From Deinococcus sp. (GTDB lineage: Bacteria; Deinococcota; Deinococci; Deinococcales; Deinococcaceae), in the NCBI GenBank assembly GCA_965261005.1, contig OZ253375.1, positions 1,408,001 to 1,472,000 of the forward strand: DNA of 64,000 nucleotides. The letters are read 5' to 3'. Position numbers and translations under genes: made by a program. How positions within the stretch are numbered: the first letter of the stretch is position 1; each line of letters opens with the position of its first letter. The notes under the pieces were generated by a model, which did not search any database, had not been told where the DNA came from, and saw nothing but the letters and a program-made list of their open reading frames with translations. Positions 10,327 through 22,575 of this stretch are shown one piece after another.

Positions 10327-11097
10327 TCAGTCCTCTTCTTGCTCCTCGTCATAGTCCGGGTATTGCTCAGGGGCGGCGCCTTTGCTCTCCAACACCCTCG
10401 GGTAACGGGCGCCCTTTTCGGCGGCCTCGCGGCGCAGGAACTGCACCTCAAAGGTCCAGTCGTCGCCGTAGTCGAAGAGGTACAGCATCTTCTGCTTTTC
10501 CTGTTGAAAGACGTCGCTGACGGGCACGCCCTTCACGCCGTGCTCCTCCGTGGGGGCGCTGAGGCTCCCGCCCAGCAGCTCGGCCAGCTGCGCGCCCAGC
10601 TCGCCGCCGAAGGGGTCGCCGCCCGAATCGCCGAAGGGCAGGGCCGGCAGCAGGTCGCCCTCACCCTGCTCGAAGACCTGCTCCGCCAGCAGCTCGCTCA
10701 CGCGGGCGCGCAGGGCCTCGGGCACGTGCGGCAGCACCGCCTCCTCCATGCGGCGCTGCATGTACTGCTTCACGTCCTGCTCGACGGCGTTCACGTCCAC
10801 CTGCTCCATCGCCTCCGCGAGGGCGCGCTCGGCGGGGTCCTCCGACTCGGCCTCCTCCCCCTCCAAATCGCTGAACAGCTCGTACTTGACCCCTGCGGCG
10901 TAGGGATTTTTCAGGTTGTCGTAGAAGCCGAAGGCGTGGTCCATGTCGAAGCCAAAGGCCCTGTTGATGCTCACCGCCAGGTCGTAGAGGTCCGCGCCGA
11001 TGGGCACGGCAATGGTGCGGTGCGGACGCAGACGCTCGCCCGGCACCTTGGCGTTGGACGTGACCTTGAACAGCAGAATCGCGCGCGCGGTGGCCAT
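10327..11097 (-). CDS. pRiA4b ORF-3-like family protein with long acidic insertion
   Basis: LYDLAVSINRAFGFDMDHAFGF ... YLFDYGDDWTFEV ... YPRV...G.APEQY. Confidence 0.75.
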   Translation of the reverse strand: MATARAILLFKVTSNAKVPGERLRPHRTIAVPIGADLYDLAVSINRAFGFDMDHAFGFYDNLKNPYAAGVKYELFSDLEGEEAESEDPAERALAEAMEQVDVNAVEQDVKQYMQRRMEEAVLPHVPEALRARVSELLAEQVFEQGEGDLLPALPFGDSGGDPFGGELGAQLAELLGGSLSAPTEEHGVKGVPVSDVFQQEKQKMLYLFDYGDDWTFEVQFLRREAAEKGARYPRVLESKGAAPEQYPDYDEEQEED

Positions 11098-11106
11098 GGG
11101 CCAAGC

Positions 11107-11355
11107 TTACACAAACCGTCTGAGCAGCAATACCAGCGCCAGCCCGCCCAGCGCCAGCAGCGCAGCCACGGCCAGGCGGCGGTCCCCGCGCCAATGCAGC
11201 ACGACCACGCTCAGGGCGGCGGCCACGGGCGAGAGCAGCAGCGCCAGGATGCCCAGGTTGAGGGCGACCGGGAAAAACAGGCCCAGCGCCAGCAGCAGGG
11301 TCACGGCCCAGGTGGCGCCGGGGTACAGCCAGGGGGGCAGGACGGGGTCGTTCAT
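11107..11355 (-). CDS. Small membrane protein (TauE-associated)
   Basis: Three hydrophobic segments; directly downstream of tauE-like gene. Confidence 0.7.
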   Translation of the reverse strand: MNDPVLPPWLYPGATWAVTLLLALGLFFPVALNLGILALLLSPVAAALSVVVLHWRGDRRLAVAALLALGGLALVLLLRRFV

Positions 11356-11356
11356 C

Positions 11357-12109
<753 letters not shown>

Positions 12110-12133
12110 GGGGGCAGCGTAGCAGAAGACCGT

Positions 12134-13327
12134 TTACCTCTGCGCCGCCGCCGGCAAGCCCAGCGCGGCGTCGAGCGCCGGGTCCCGGTTCGCGCGCAAA
12201 TCCGCTTCCGACGGCTCCACCGCCAGATTCGGCACCACCGAGGCGTCCAGCAGCGGCCCCTTGCCGGCGGCGGCGCGGGCGGTCGTGACCGAGAGCAGCG
12301 AGCCGTCGCTGAGGTCGTAGAGGCCGACCGCCGAGTTGCGCACGCCGGCGGTGGGCGCCCCGACCACCCGCGCGCCCAACTGTTGCAAGGCGCCCGCGAA
12401 GACCTCGCCGCACGAGGCGGTGCGCGGCCCGACCAGGACCGTCACCCGGCCTGAAGGCGGCGCGCTGACCGGGGGCAGCGCGGCGATGGGGCGGGTGTTG
12501 GCGAGCAGGCGCCCCGCCTTCGCGTAGTAGCGCGCGGTGTAGCCGGGGCCGCTCAGGACGTGGTGGACCTCGCCAAAGGCCGAGGCCGCCAGCAAGCACT
12601 CGTTCAGGGAGCCGCCGCCGTTGGCGCGCACGTCCACGATCAGGGCGTCGCTCGGGTTGCTTTTACGCAGCAAGTCGAAGAACTGCCCGGCCACGCCCGA
12701 CCCCAGAAAGCTGGGAAGGTTGACGACGTTGACCTCGCCGTCCGGCCCCGTCACGCGCCGCAGGGTTGGCTCGTCGCGGGCGGGGAGGTCGGTCGGGCGC
12801 AGGGTGAGGTCGCCCCTCGTCAGGGTGAGCGTCACCGCGCCGGCGTCCTCACCCTGCGCCAAGGTCGCCGTCGTGGGGGCCTCTCCGTTCAGGGTGGAGA
12901 CAAAGTCACCCACCTTCAGGCCCGCCCGCGCCGCCGGCGAATCGGGGCGCACGTAGCCGACCACCGCGCCGCCATTCGGCTGGGGAATCAGGCGCAACCC
13001 CACCCGCGGCGCGCTGGCGCCGCGCATCTCGGCGCGCACCCGGCGGGCCAGGGCCGGTTCTTTGAGGTTGGTGTGCTTGTCATGGAAACCTGCCACCAGG
13101 GCCAGCGCGGCGGCGCGGCCAAGGGGCAACGGGCAGGCGGCGTTCTCGGCGCAGCGTTTCGCCAAGTCGGCGTCGGCGGCGCGGCTCAGGGCGGTCACGT
13201 CCACGGGCGCCGGGCCGTCGTAGGCGCGCAGGTACCGCTCGACCTCACCCAGGTAGTCCGAGGCCGGCGAGGCGTGCGCGAGGGTGGAGAGCAGCAGGGC
13301 GGGCAACAAAAAGCGGGCGGCCTTCAC
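12134..13327 (-). CDS. S41 family (C-terminal processing) peptidase with PDZ domain, exported
   Basis: Signal peptide, SPAARAGLKVGD, DVRANGGG, TASCGEVFA; GTG start inferred. Confidence 0.85.
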   Translation of the reverse strand: MKAARFLLPALLLSTLAHASPASDYLGEVERYLRAYDGPAPVDVTALSRAADADLAKRCAENAACPLPLGRAAALALVAGFHDKHTNLKEPALARRVRAEMRGASAPRVGLRLIPQPNGGAVVGYVRPDSPAARAGLKVGDFVSTLNGEAPTTATLAQGEDAGAVTLTLTRGDLTLRPTDLPARDEPTLRRVTGPDGEVNVVNLPSFLGSGVAGQFFDLLRKSNPSDALIVDVRANGGGSLNECLLAASAFGEVHHVLSGPGYTARYYAKAGRLLANTRPIAALPPVSAPPSGRVTVLVGPRTASCGEVFAGALQQLGARVVGAPTAGVRNSAVGLYDLSDGSLLSVTTARAAAGKGPLLDASVVPNLAVEPSEADLRANRDPALDAALGLPAAAQR

Positions 13328-13358
13328 CCCCTCAGCCTCGCGCCGGGGCATGTGCCCG

Positions 13359-14114
13359 CTAGCCGATGTGGGTGAGAAGCGTGCCCACGCCCTCAACCTC
13401 GACCTCGACTTGATCTCCACTCGCCAGCGGCCCGACGCCCTCGGGGGTGCCGGTCAGGACCACGTCCCCCGGCTCCAGGGTCACGAAGCGCGTCACGTAG
13501 GTCAGAATCTGCACCGGATCGAAGATCATCAGGGACGTGCGGCCGTCTTGGCGCACTTCGCCGTTCAGGCGGGTCTGGAGGCGCACGTCGCGTGGATCGA
13601 GGTCGGTCACCAAGGTCGGGCCGAGCGGGCAGAATTGGTCGGCGGCCTTGCCGCGAAACCACTGCAAGTCCTCGCGCTGGCGGTCGCGCGCCGTCAGGTC
13701 AAGGGCGCAGGTGTAGCCCGCCACGTGGTCGAGGGCCTCCCCCGGCCTCAGGTCCTTCGCGCGGCGCGCGATCACCAGGGCCAGCTCGCCCTCGTACTGC
13801 AAGTTCTCGGTCCAGTCGGGGTAAGGCACGGTGGCGCCGGGATTCTCCAGCGCGTTGGGACCCTTGAGGAACAGGCCCGGCTCCCTCGGCAGGCCCTCGG
13901 CGCCCAGGTTGTTCAGCTCCTTGATGTGGTCTACGTAGTTGCGCCCCACGCACACGATCTTGGTCGGCTCGGCCGGGGCGAGAACGGTCAGGCCCCCTGC
14001 GGGCAGCACCTCCCCCGTCCGCTCGCCCAGCATCCCCGCCGTGACGTGCACCTCGCCCTCTTCCAACACGCCCCACAGCACCCGCTCGCCCGACATCACC
14101 CTGGTCAGTTGCAT
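13359..14114 (-). CDS. Fumarylacetoacetate hydrolase family protein
   Basis: [37 protein letters not shown]. Confidence 0.93.
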   Translation of the reverse strand: MQLTRVMSGERVLWGVLEEGEVHVTAGMLGERTGEVLPAGGLTVLAPAEPTKIVCVGRNYVDHIKELNNLGAEGLPREPGLFLKGPNALENPGATVPYPDWTENLQYEGELALVIARRAKDLRPGEALDHVAGYTCALDLTARDRQREDLQWFRGKAADQFCPLGPTLVTDLDPRDVRLQTRLNGEVRQDGRTSLMIFDPVQILTYVTRFVTLEPGDVVLTGTPEGVGPLASGDQVEVEVEGVGTLLTHIG

Positions 14115-14185
14115 GGGGGGAAGTCTAGCGCGGTGGGCTACAATCGGGCCGTGCCCAGACCAGCCGTGTTCGGAAAGAAAAGCTC

Positions 14186-15619
<1,434 letters not shown>

Positions 15620-15723
15620 ACCGGATCCAAACTTTAGGGAAAGTTTAAGAAAAGGGGCGGCCGTTTCCCGCCACCAAAGGCCGCCACGTCCGGTGGTAGG
15701 CTGGCAAAACCGGAGGAGACCAC

Positions 15724-16857
15724 ATGACGACCACCATCAACAAGGGCCTAGAGGGCGTGCTGTTCACCGAGACGGGCCTGACCTTTATCAACGGCGCTGA
15801 GGGCGTGCTGACCCACCTGGGCATCCCGATTCAGGAGTGGGCTGAGAACAGCACCTTCGAGGAGCTGTCCTACGCGCTGCTGCACGGCCAGCTGCCGAAG
15901 CCGGGAGAACTGGCCCAGTTCGAGTCCGATCTGAGGGCGCACCGTGAGGTGACGCCGGAGGTGCTCACAGCCATCGCGGGCTATCCGAGGACGGCCCACC
16001 CCATGCAAGTTCTCAGAACGGCCGTCAGCGATCTGGGTTTGTACGACCCGGACGCCGAGGAGATCACTGAGGAGGCGCGCTACCGAATCGGCGTGCGCAT
16101 GATCGCGCAGTTCGCCACCATGATCGCGGCCATCGCCCGCGCGCAGGAGGGCCAGGACGCCGTGGCGCCCAGGGCCGACCTGACCCACGCAGCCAACTTC
16201 CTCTACATGCTGCGCGGCGCCGAGCCGACCACGGAGGAGGCGCGCCTGTTCGACATCGCCCTGATCCTGCACGCCGACCACGGCATGAACGCCTCCACCT
16301 TCACGGCCATCGCGACCGCCAGCACCCTCAGCGACATGTACAGCTCTATGGTCAGCGCCATAGGCGCCCTGAAGGGGCCGCTGCACGGCGGCGCCAACGA
16401 GGCCGTGATGGACATGCTCGCAGAGATCGGCAGTGTCGAGAACGCCATTCCATACATCACGCAGAAGCTCGACAACAAGGAAAAGATCATGGGCGTGGGC
16501 CACCGCGTCTACAAGTTCTTCGATCCGCGCAGCCGCGTGTTGCGCGACTACGCCGCCCACGTCTCCGAGCAGCAGGGCAAGAGCCACGAGTACCAGATTC
16601 TGGAGACCATTGAAAAGGAGATCGTGGACCGGCTGGGTTCTAAGGGCATCTACCCCAACGTGGACTTCTACAGCGGCGTGGTCTACAGCGACCTCGGCAT
16701 CAAGAAGACCTTTTTCACGCCGATCTTCGCCCTCGCGCGCATCTCGGGCTGGGTCGCCAGCGTGATCGAGTACACGAACAACAACCGCTTGCTGCGCCCC
16801 GACGCCGAGTACACCGGGCCGAGGGACCAGCACTATGTGCCGCTGCAAGAGAGGTAG
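15724..16857 (+). CDS. gltA: Citrate synthase (or methylcitrate synthase paralogue)
   Basis: HADHGMNASTF, GPLHGGANE, MGVGHRVYK, YPNVDFYSG; GGAGGAG RBS. Confidence 0.92.
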   Translation: MTTTINKGLEGVLFTETGLTFINGAEGVLTHLGIPIQEWAENSTFEELSYALLHGQLPKPGELAQFESDLRAHREVTPEVLTAIAGYPRTAHPMQVLRTAVSDLGLYDPDAEEITEEARYRIGVRMIAQFATMIAAIARAQEGQDAVAPRADLTHAANFLYMLRGAEPTTEEARLFDIALILHADHGMNASTFTAIATASTLSDMYSSMVSAIGALKGPLHGGANEAVMDMLAEIGSVENAIPYITQKLDNKEKIMGVGHRVYKFFDPRSRVLRDYAAHVSEQQGKSHEYQILETIEKEIVDRLGSKGIYPNVDFYSGVVYSDLGIKKTFFTPIFALARISGWVASVIEYTNNNRLLRPDAEYTGPRDQHYVPLQER

Positions 16858-16861
16858 GAAA

Positions 16862-16905
16862 CCCCCCTCCCCAACCTCTCCCCCGCAAGGGGGGAGGGGC
16901 TTTTT
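16862..16905. repeat. REP-like palindrome, probably doubling as terminator between convergent genes
   Basis: CCCCCCTCCCCAACCTCTCCCCCGCAAGGGGGGAGGGGCTTTTT. Confidence 0.65.
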
Positions 16906-17860
16906 ATTTCAAGTTCGCCTTGAGGAAGTCGGCCACCGGGTCCAGCACACCGGGCGCGAGCAGGAGGCTGGGGTCGCCGTACGATTTTTGATTCAGCGCC
17001 GTGTCGCTGCCAACCTCCTTGAGCACATGGTTCATGCCGGGGATCAAGAGCAACTGCGCCGCCGGCTGGGCCGCCTTCAGCCGTTGGGCGTCCCCCACGC
17101 CGGTCTGCAAGTCCGACTCGCCCTGCACGATCAGCACCGGCACCTTCAGCGCCGCGATGCTCTGGGCGGGGTCGTAGGCAAACCACGAGATCAGGTAGGG
17201 CTGCACGCTGGGGCGGAACAGCGCGTTCAGGACCGGGCTGACCTGCGCCACGGGGCGGCCCGCGCGCAGCTCGGCCACGACGCGCCGCACCTCGGCCACC
17301 AATTCGGGCGGGGTGTTGGGATTGGCCTCCACCTGCATCGGGATCAAGTCGGCGGCGTTCTGACCGGCCCCCTCCAGCGACACGACCGCGCCGACCTGCG
17401 CCTTCCCGGCGGCAACCAGCGCGATCAGCGACCCCTCGCTGTGGCCGACCACGCCGACACCCCGAAAGCGGGAATCGGCGCTGAGCTGGTCCAGCCAGGC
17501 GGCGGCGTCGTTCACGTAGTCCTCAAAGCGCAAATCGGCTTCTTGCAGGTCGGGCGCCACACTTTCCCCCACGCCGCGCTTGTCGTAGCGCACGCTGGCG
17601 ACGCCGCGCGCCGCCAGCCCCTCGGCCAGCAGCTTGAGGCTGTCGTTTTTGCCGGGAATCGCCGCGCTGTTGCCGTCGCGGTCGGTCGGACCGGAGCCGG
17701 CCACGATCAGCACGGCGGGAAAGGGGCCATTGCCGGAAGGGAGTTCCAGCGTGCCCGAGAGCGTCACGCCGCTTAACTTTAAAGAGACCGGCTCGCTGGC
17801 GGCGAGGGCGGCGGGAATCAGGCCGAGGGTCAGGGTGGTGAGGGCGGTTCGCAGCATCAT
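16904..17860 (-). CDS. Exported alpha/beta hydrolase
   Basis: Signal peptide, GSGPTDRDGN, RYDKRG, GHSEG, QGESDLQ, MNHVLK. Confidence 0.9.
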   Translation of the reverse strand: MMLRTALTTLTLGLIPAALAASEPVSLKLSGVTLSGTLELPSGNGPFPAVLIVAGSGPTDRDGNSAAIPGKNDSLKLLAEGLAARGVASVRYDKRGVGESVAPDLQEADLRFEDYVNDAAAWLDQLSADSRFRGVGVVGHSEGSLIALVAAGKAQVGAVVSLEGAGQNAADLIPMQVEANPNTPPELVAEVRRVVAELRAGRPVAQVSPVLNALFRPSVQPYLISWFAYDPAQSIAALKVPVLIVQGESDLQTGVGDAQRLKAAQPAAQLLLIPGMNHVLKEVGSDTALNQKSYGDPSLLLAPGVLDPVADFLKANLK

Positions 17861-18200
17861 GGCTCCTTCCGAAGGGGGCTTGAGGGGAGCGTAAGCCAGC
17901 CTCCGTTGGGCGGAATGTACAGCGGTTCAGCGCCCCTTTATGTACCGTCAAGTAAGTTCTCAGGCATACTGATGGAATTTGTTTTTCGAGCGTATGCGGT
18001 GGCCCTCCACCCCCGGCCCCGGTCCCTCGGGTGGGAAGGGAAGCAAAGATTTGGGAAGAGCTGGCCTATATAGCGCAAAGCTGAGTTGACGCTGTATTAA
18101 GCGTGCTGGTAAAACGCGCGAAAGGTGTTTTGTCCTCTGTCTAGACATTCCGAAAGGGAGCCGCAAACGCAACCGATAGTCATCGGCGTATGATCACGGC

Positions 18201-18680
18201 ATGAGTGAATGTCCAAAGTGTCAGTCAAGCGACGCTCGTTACCTCTCGGTCATTCACAAAGAAGGATTGAGTCGAATCGACACGCAAAGCCGGAGCGGCT
18301 GCAATCCGTTCGCGTTGCTGCTCTTCCCGCTCATCGGGGTATACTCGCTGTTCTTCGTGGGTAGTCGTCGATTGAAAACGGAGGGCACGCAGCAGTCTAT
18401 CCTTTCCGCCGAGTCAGCACCGCCAACACGCAAGCCGCTGATCGGCTCGGTGTTATGGGCTTTGGTCGGGCTGCTTCTGATGACCAATCACGCCGTGTTC
18501 ATCGGCTTGGTCATTCTCATTATCGCCGGCTTGGCGGGCTACGCTGCTTATCAGTACAACAACCAAAAATTTCCAGCAGAGTATGCCCTTTGGCAGAACA
18601 GCTTGATGTGCTCAAAGTGCGGCACCGTATACGCGACCAAGCTGGTCGCGCCAGCCACCTCCGCTCAGACAACCCTGTAA
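18201..18680 (+). CDS. Hypothetical membrane protein with N- and C-terminal CxxC pairs
   Basis: CPKC ... hydrophobic helices ... CSKCG; visibly lower GC; TATGAT-N6-ATG leaderless signature. Confidence 0.75.
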   Translation: MSECPKCQSSDARYLSVIHKEGLSRIDTQSRSGCNPFALLLFPLIGVYSLFFVGSRRLKTEGTQQSILSAESAPPTRKPLIGSVLWALVGLLLMTNHAVFIGLVILIIAGLAGYAAYQYNNQKFPAEYALWQNSLMCSKCGTVYATKLVAPATSAQTTL

Positions 18681-18760
18681 ATGACCAGAAGACGCGGCGA
18701 ACGGGCCTGTACTCTCATGTTGTTATAACTGCCGAGACAACAAGCCCGTTTGCACGCCCC

Positions 18761-19436
18761 TTAGCGCGTCAGTTCCCGCACCCCATCCGGCGCCGCCACA
18801 TAAGCGCGCCCGGCCATGCCCAGAAACAGGCCCGTCTCGACCACGCCGGGGGTCAGCTTGAGCCGGCGCTCCAAGGCGCTGGGGTCAGGAATGTCATGGA
18901 AGCGCGCGTCGAAGATGAAGTTGCCGTTGTCGGTGAGGTAAGGTTCGCTTCCGGCCATTCGCAAGCTTCCCCCGGCCCCCAACTGCGCCAGCCGTTCCAA
19001 GGTCGTCTCCACGCCGAAGCGCACCACCTCGACGGGGACGGGCGCCTTTTCGCCCAGGCGCGAGACCAGCTTGGTGTGGTCGGCGATGACCACGAACCTC
19101 TGCGCGCGCAGCTCGGTCAGCTTTTCGCGGGTCAGGGCGCCACCGAGACCTTTGACGAGGTCGAGGTTCGGCGCGATCTCGTCGGCGCCGTCGATAGCGA
19201 GGTCGAGCGGGCGCAGGTCCAGCGGCTCGACGGCCACGCCCAAATCGCGGGCCAGCCCCGCGCTCGCCTCGGACGTCGCCACGCCGACAACGCCCCGCAG
19301 CTCCCCCGCCGCGATGCGCCGGCCGAGTTCGATAATGGCGTGCCGCGAGGTGGTGCCGCTGCCCAGACCCACCCGCATATCGCTTTCGATGAGGGCCACG
19401 GCCCGCGCCGCCGCCGCTTGTTTCAAGGCTTCGAGG

Positions 19437-19444
<8 letters not shown>
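18761..19444 (-). CDS. rpiA: Ribose-5-phosphate isomerase A
   Basis: VGLGSGTT, DGADE, KGLGGALTREK, GVVETGLF; GTG start overlaps bcp stop. Confidence 0.95.
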
Positions 19445-19922
<478 letters not shown>

Positions 19923-19998
19923 GCGGCGAGCATACCCGAAGCCGGCACGCTTCCCCGAAGGTTGCGTTTTTCTTAAATTTTCTCGTTAGTATGGGGCC

Positions 19999-20691
19999 GT
20001 GAAGCTCGCGCCGTACATTGACCACACCCTGTTGAAGGCCGCCGCCACGCCCGGGGACGTCCGTCAGCTGTGCGCCGAGGCGCGGGAGCACCAGTTTAAG
20101 GCGGTGTGCGTCAACCCGGTGTACGTCCCGCTGGCAAAACGGGAACTGAACGGCTCCGGCGTCTTGGTGGCGACGGTGTGCGGCTTTCCGCTGGGCGCCT
20201 TGCTGCCGGGGCAAAAGGCGTCGGAGGCTCGGGCCAGCGTGGACGCCGGCGCCGACGAGGTAGATATGGTCATCCACCTTGGGGCGGCGCTCGCCGGCGA
20301 TTGGGACGCGGTCGAGGCCGACATCCGCGCCGTGCGGGAAGCGCTGCCCGGCGCCACCCTCAAGGTCATCCTGGAAACGGGTACGCTGGCCGACGAGCAA
20401 AAGGTTCTCGCTGCTCGGGCCGCCGCGCGGGCCGGAAGCGACTTCGTCAAGACCTCCACCGGCTTTGGGCCGGGCGGGGCGACGGTGCATGACGTGCGCC
20501 TGATGAAAGAGGCGGCCGGCGAGCGCGTGCAGGTCAAGGCGTCCGGCGGCATTCGCACCCGCGCGGACGCGGGGGCGCTTGTCGAGGCGGGCGCCACGCG
20601 GCTGGGGACCTCGGGGGGCGTGGCGCTGGTTTCGGGTGAGCTGATTTCGGGTGAGCTGGTCTCGGGCGAAACGGCCCACACAGATTACTAA
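19999..20691 (+). CDS. deoC: Deoxyribose-phosphate aldolase
   Basis: IDHTLLK, GFPLG, GADEVDMV, KVILET, FVKTSTGF, KASGGIR. Confidence 0.96.
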   Translation: MKLAPYIDHTLLKAAATPGDVRQLCAEAREHQFKAVCVNPVYVPLAKRELNGSGVLVATVCGFPLGALLPGQKASEARASVDAGADEVDMVIHLGAALAGDWDAVEADIRAVREALPGATLKVILETGTLADEQKVLAARAAARAGSDFVKTSTGFGPGGATVHDVRLMKEAAGERVQVKASGGIRTRADAGALVEAGATRLGTSGGVALVSGELISGELVSGETAHTDY

Positions 20692-20711
20692 TTCTTCCGA
20701 GAAAGTTACAT

Positions 20712-21296
20712 ATGCCTAATCCTGATCTGATCCTGGCCTCGGCCAGCCCGCGCCGCTCGGAGTTGCTGTCGCGGCTGGGCGTGTCCTTTCGCGTGCGCGC
20801 CTCTGACTTGCCGGAACTCTCGCAGGAGCCAGAGCCGGCGGCGATGGCGCGCGACCTCGCCCGACAAAAGGCCCGCGCCGTGCTGGACCTGGAGCCGGAC
20901 GCCCTGATCCTGGCCGCCGACACGGTGGTCGCGCTGGGGGAGGTCTTGCTGGGCAAGCCGGCGGACGAAGGGGAGAACCGCGACTTTTTAAGGCGCTTGT
21001 CGGGAAAAACACACCAAGTGACCACCGGCGTGGCCTTGATGTCTGCTGCGGGCGGGCGGGTCTGCTCGGAGACGACCTTGGTGACGTTGCGCGATCTCAC
21101 GGAGGCCGAGATCAGTTGGTACGCCGGCACCGGCGAGGGCCTCGACAAGGCCGGCGGCTACGGCATTCAGGGCTTAGGGTCGGTTCTGGTCGCCCGCGTC
21201 GAGGGCGACTACTCAAACGTGGTGGGCCTCCCGCTGCCGGGCGTGATCGGTCTGTTGCGCGCGGCGGGCCTGGCCCTCTGGGGAGAGCGGGCGTGA
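20712..21296 (+). CDS. maf: Maf family nucleotide pyrophosphatase
   Basis: LASASPRR, ADTVV, GKP, DKAGGYGIQG, NVVGLP. Confidence 0.95.
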   Translation: MPNPDLILASASPRRSELLSRLGVSFRVRASDLPELSQEPEPAAMARDLARQKARAVLDLEPDALILAADTVVALGEVLLGKPADEGENRDFLRRLSGKTHQVTTGVALMSAAGGRVCSETTLVTLRDLTEAEISWYAGTGEGLDKAGGYGIQGLGSVLVARVEGDYSNVVGLPLPGVIGLLRAAGLALWGERA

Positions 21297-22075
21297 AGGC
21301 CTGGCGGCGCCTCGCGCTGGTGTACCTGGGCCTGCTGTTTCTGAGCATGGTCGCCACGCGCTTTCAGGTGGTCGCGCCGCCCTCGGTGTCGAGCGGGATC
21401 CTGCCGGTCACGCAGCTGTTCGGCGGCGCGGCGGACAACCTGCGCCGCGCCTACGTCACCCTGGTCTTGGAGCGCGATCTGGCTGCGAGCGTGCGCGAGC
21501 TGCGGCTGCAAAACGCCACCCTGCGCGGGCGCAACGACCTGCTGGAGCGCGAAAACGCCCGCCTCAGGCAGGCCGCCCAGATTCGCGCCACCCAGTCGCC
21601 CAACCTCGTGGCGGTGGCGTCGGTGGTCGAGGTGGACCCCTCGCCGCTGCTGTCGCGCCTGACGGTCAACCGGGGCGCCGGCGACGGCGTCAGGCGCTTT
21701 ATGCCGGCCACCGTGCCGGCGGGCCTGATCGGGCAGGTGACCGAGGTGGACGGCCGCAACGCGGTTATCACGACCATTCTTGATCCCGAAAGCTACGTGG
21801 GCGTCACCCTAAGGGGCAAGGGTGGGCGCGGCCTGGCGGTGGGGGCGCCGCCGGACCGCCTGCGGGCCAGCTTTCCCCTCGGCGTGGACGTGCGGCCCGG
21901 CGACACGGTGCTGACCTCCAGCCTCGGCGGCGTGTACCCGGTGGGCATCAAGGTGGGCACCGTGGAAAAAGTCGAGCCGGCCGGTCCCAACGACGTGAAC
22001 CGCACCGCCGTGGTGCGGCCCGCCGCCGACGTGAACACCGTGGAGGAAGTGGGTCTCTTAGAGGGCCTGCCGTGA
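21293..22075 (+). CDS. mreC: Rod shape-determining protein MreC
   Basis: TM, coiled coil (ENARLR), GLIGQV, GDTVLTSSLGGVYPVGIKVG; GTGA coupling. Confidence 0.9.
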   Translation: MKAWRRLALVYLGLLFLSMVATRFQVVAPPSVSSGILPVTQLFGGAADNLRRAYVTLVLERDLAASVRELRLQNATLRGRNDLLERENARLRQAAQIRATQSPNLVAVASVVEVDPSPLLSRLTVNRGAGDGVRRFMPATVPAGLIGQVTEVDGRNAVITTILDPESYVGVTLRGKGGRGLAVGAPPDRLRASFPLGVDVRPGDTVLTSSLGGVYPVGIKVGTVEKVEPAGPNDVNRTAVVRPAADVNTVEEVGLLEGLP

Positions 22076-22575
22076 GCGCGCTGAGGGCGCTGGCCTATTT
22101 GCTGCTGCTGATCGGCGTGCAGGGCGCCCTCTCGCGGCTGCTGCCCGCCCAGATCAGCCCGCCGGATTTGTTCTTGCTAACTGGGGTGGCCCTGGCCCAC
22201 CGCCTGCGCCCGCTGGCGGCTTTGCTGACCGCTTACGGCCTGGGACTGGTGCAGGACGTGCTGGGCCACGGGTTGATCGGTTTGCACGCGGCGGGCCTTG
22301 CGGCGGGCGTGCTGCTGGTGCTGCTGCTGCGTACCTTCCTGTCCGGCCGGGGCGCCGTGCAGCTGGCGGTGACGGTCACGGCGGCGGTGGCGGGGCAGTG
22401 GCTGGCCTTTTTGGCGCTGACCTACTGGCTCAGGAACGGCCTCGTCACGGTGGGCACCCTGCAAAGCGTCTTGCCGGCCCTGCTGATCGCCACCCTGATC
22501 GCGGCGCCGCTGTGGGAGCGCGTCTCGGGCTGGGCCTTTGGGCCGCGCCCCACCCCGGAAGAAGGTTTGGCATGA
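22072..22575 (+). CDS. mreD: Rod shape-determining protein MreD
   Basis: Hydrophobic, PDLFLL, GLVQD; located between mreC and the PBP gene. Confidence 0.85.
   Translation: MSALRALAYLLLLIGVQGALSRLLPAQISPPDLFLLTGVALAHRLRPLAALLTAYGLGLVQDVLGHGLIGLHAAGLAAGVLLVLLLRTFLSGRGAVQLAVTVTAAVAGQWLAFLALTYWLRNGLVTVGTLQSVLPALLIATLIAAPLWERVSGWAFGPRPTPEEGLA

Noticed and set aside
18090..18106. Third RDRM-like sequence CGCTGTATTAAGCGTGC
   Set aside because: Three mismatches at conserved outer positions; too weak to call
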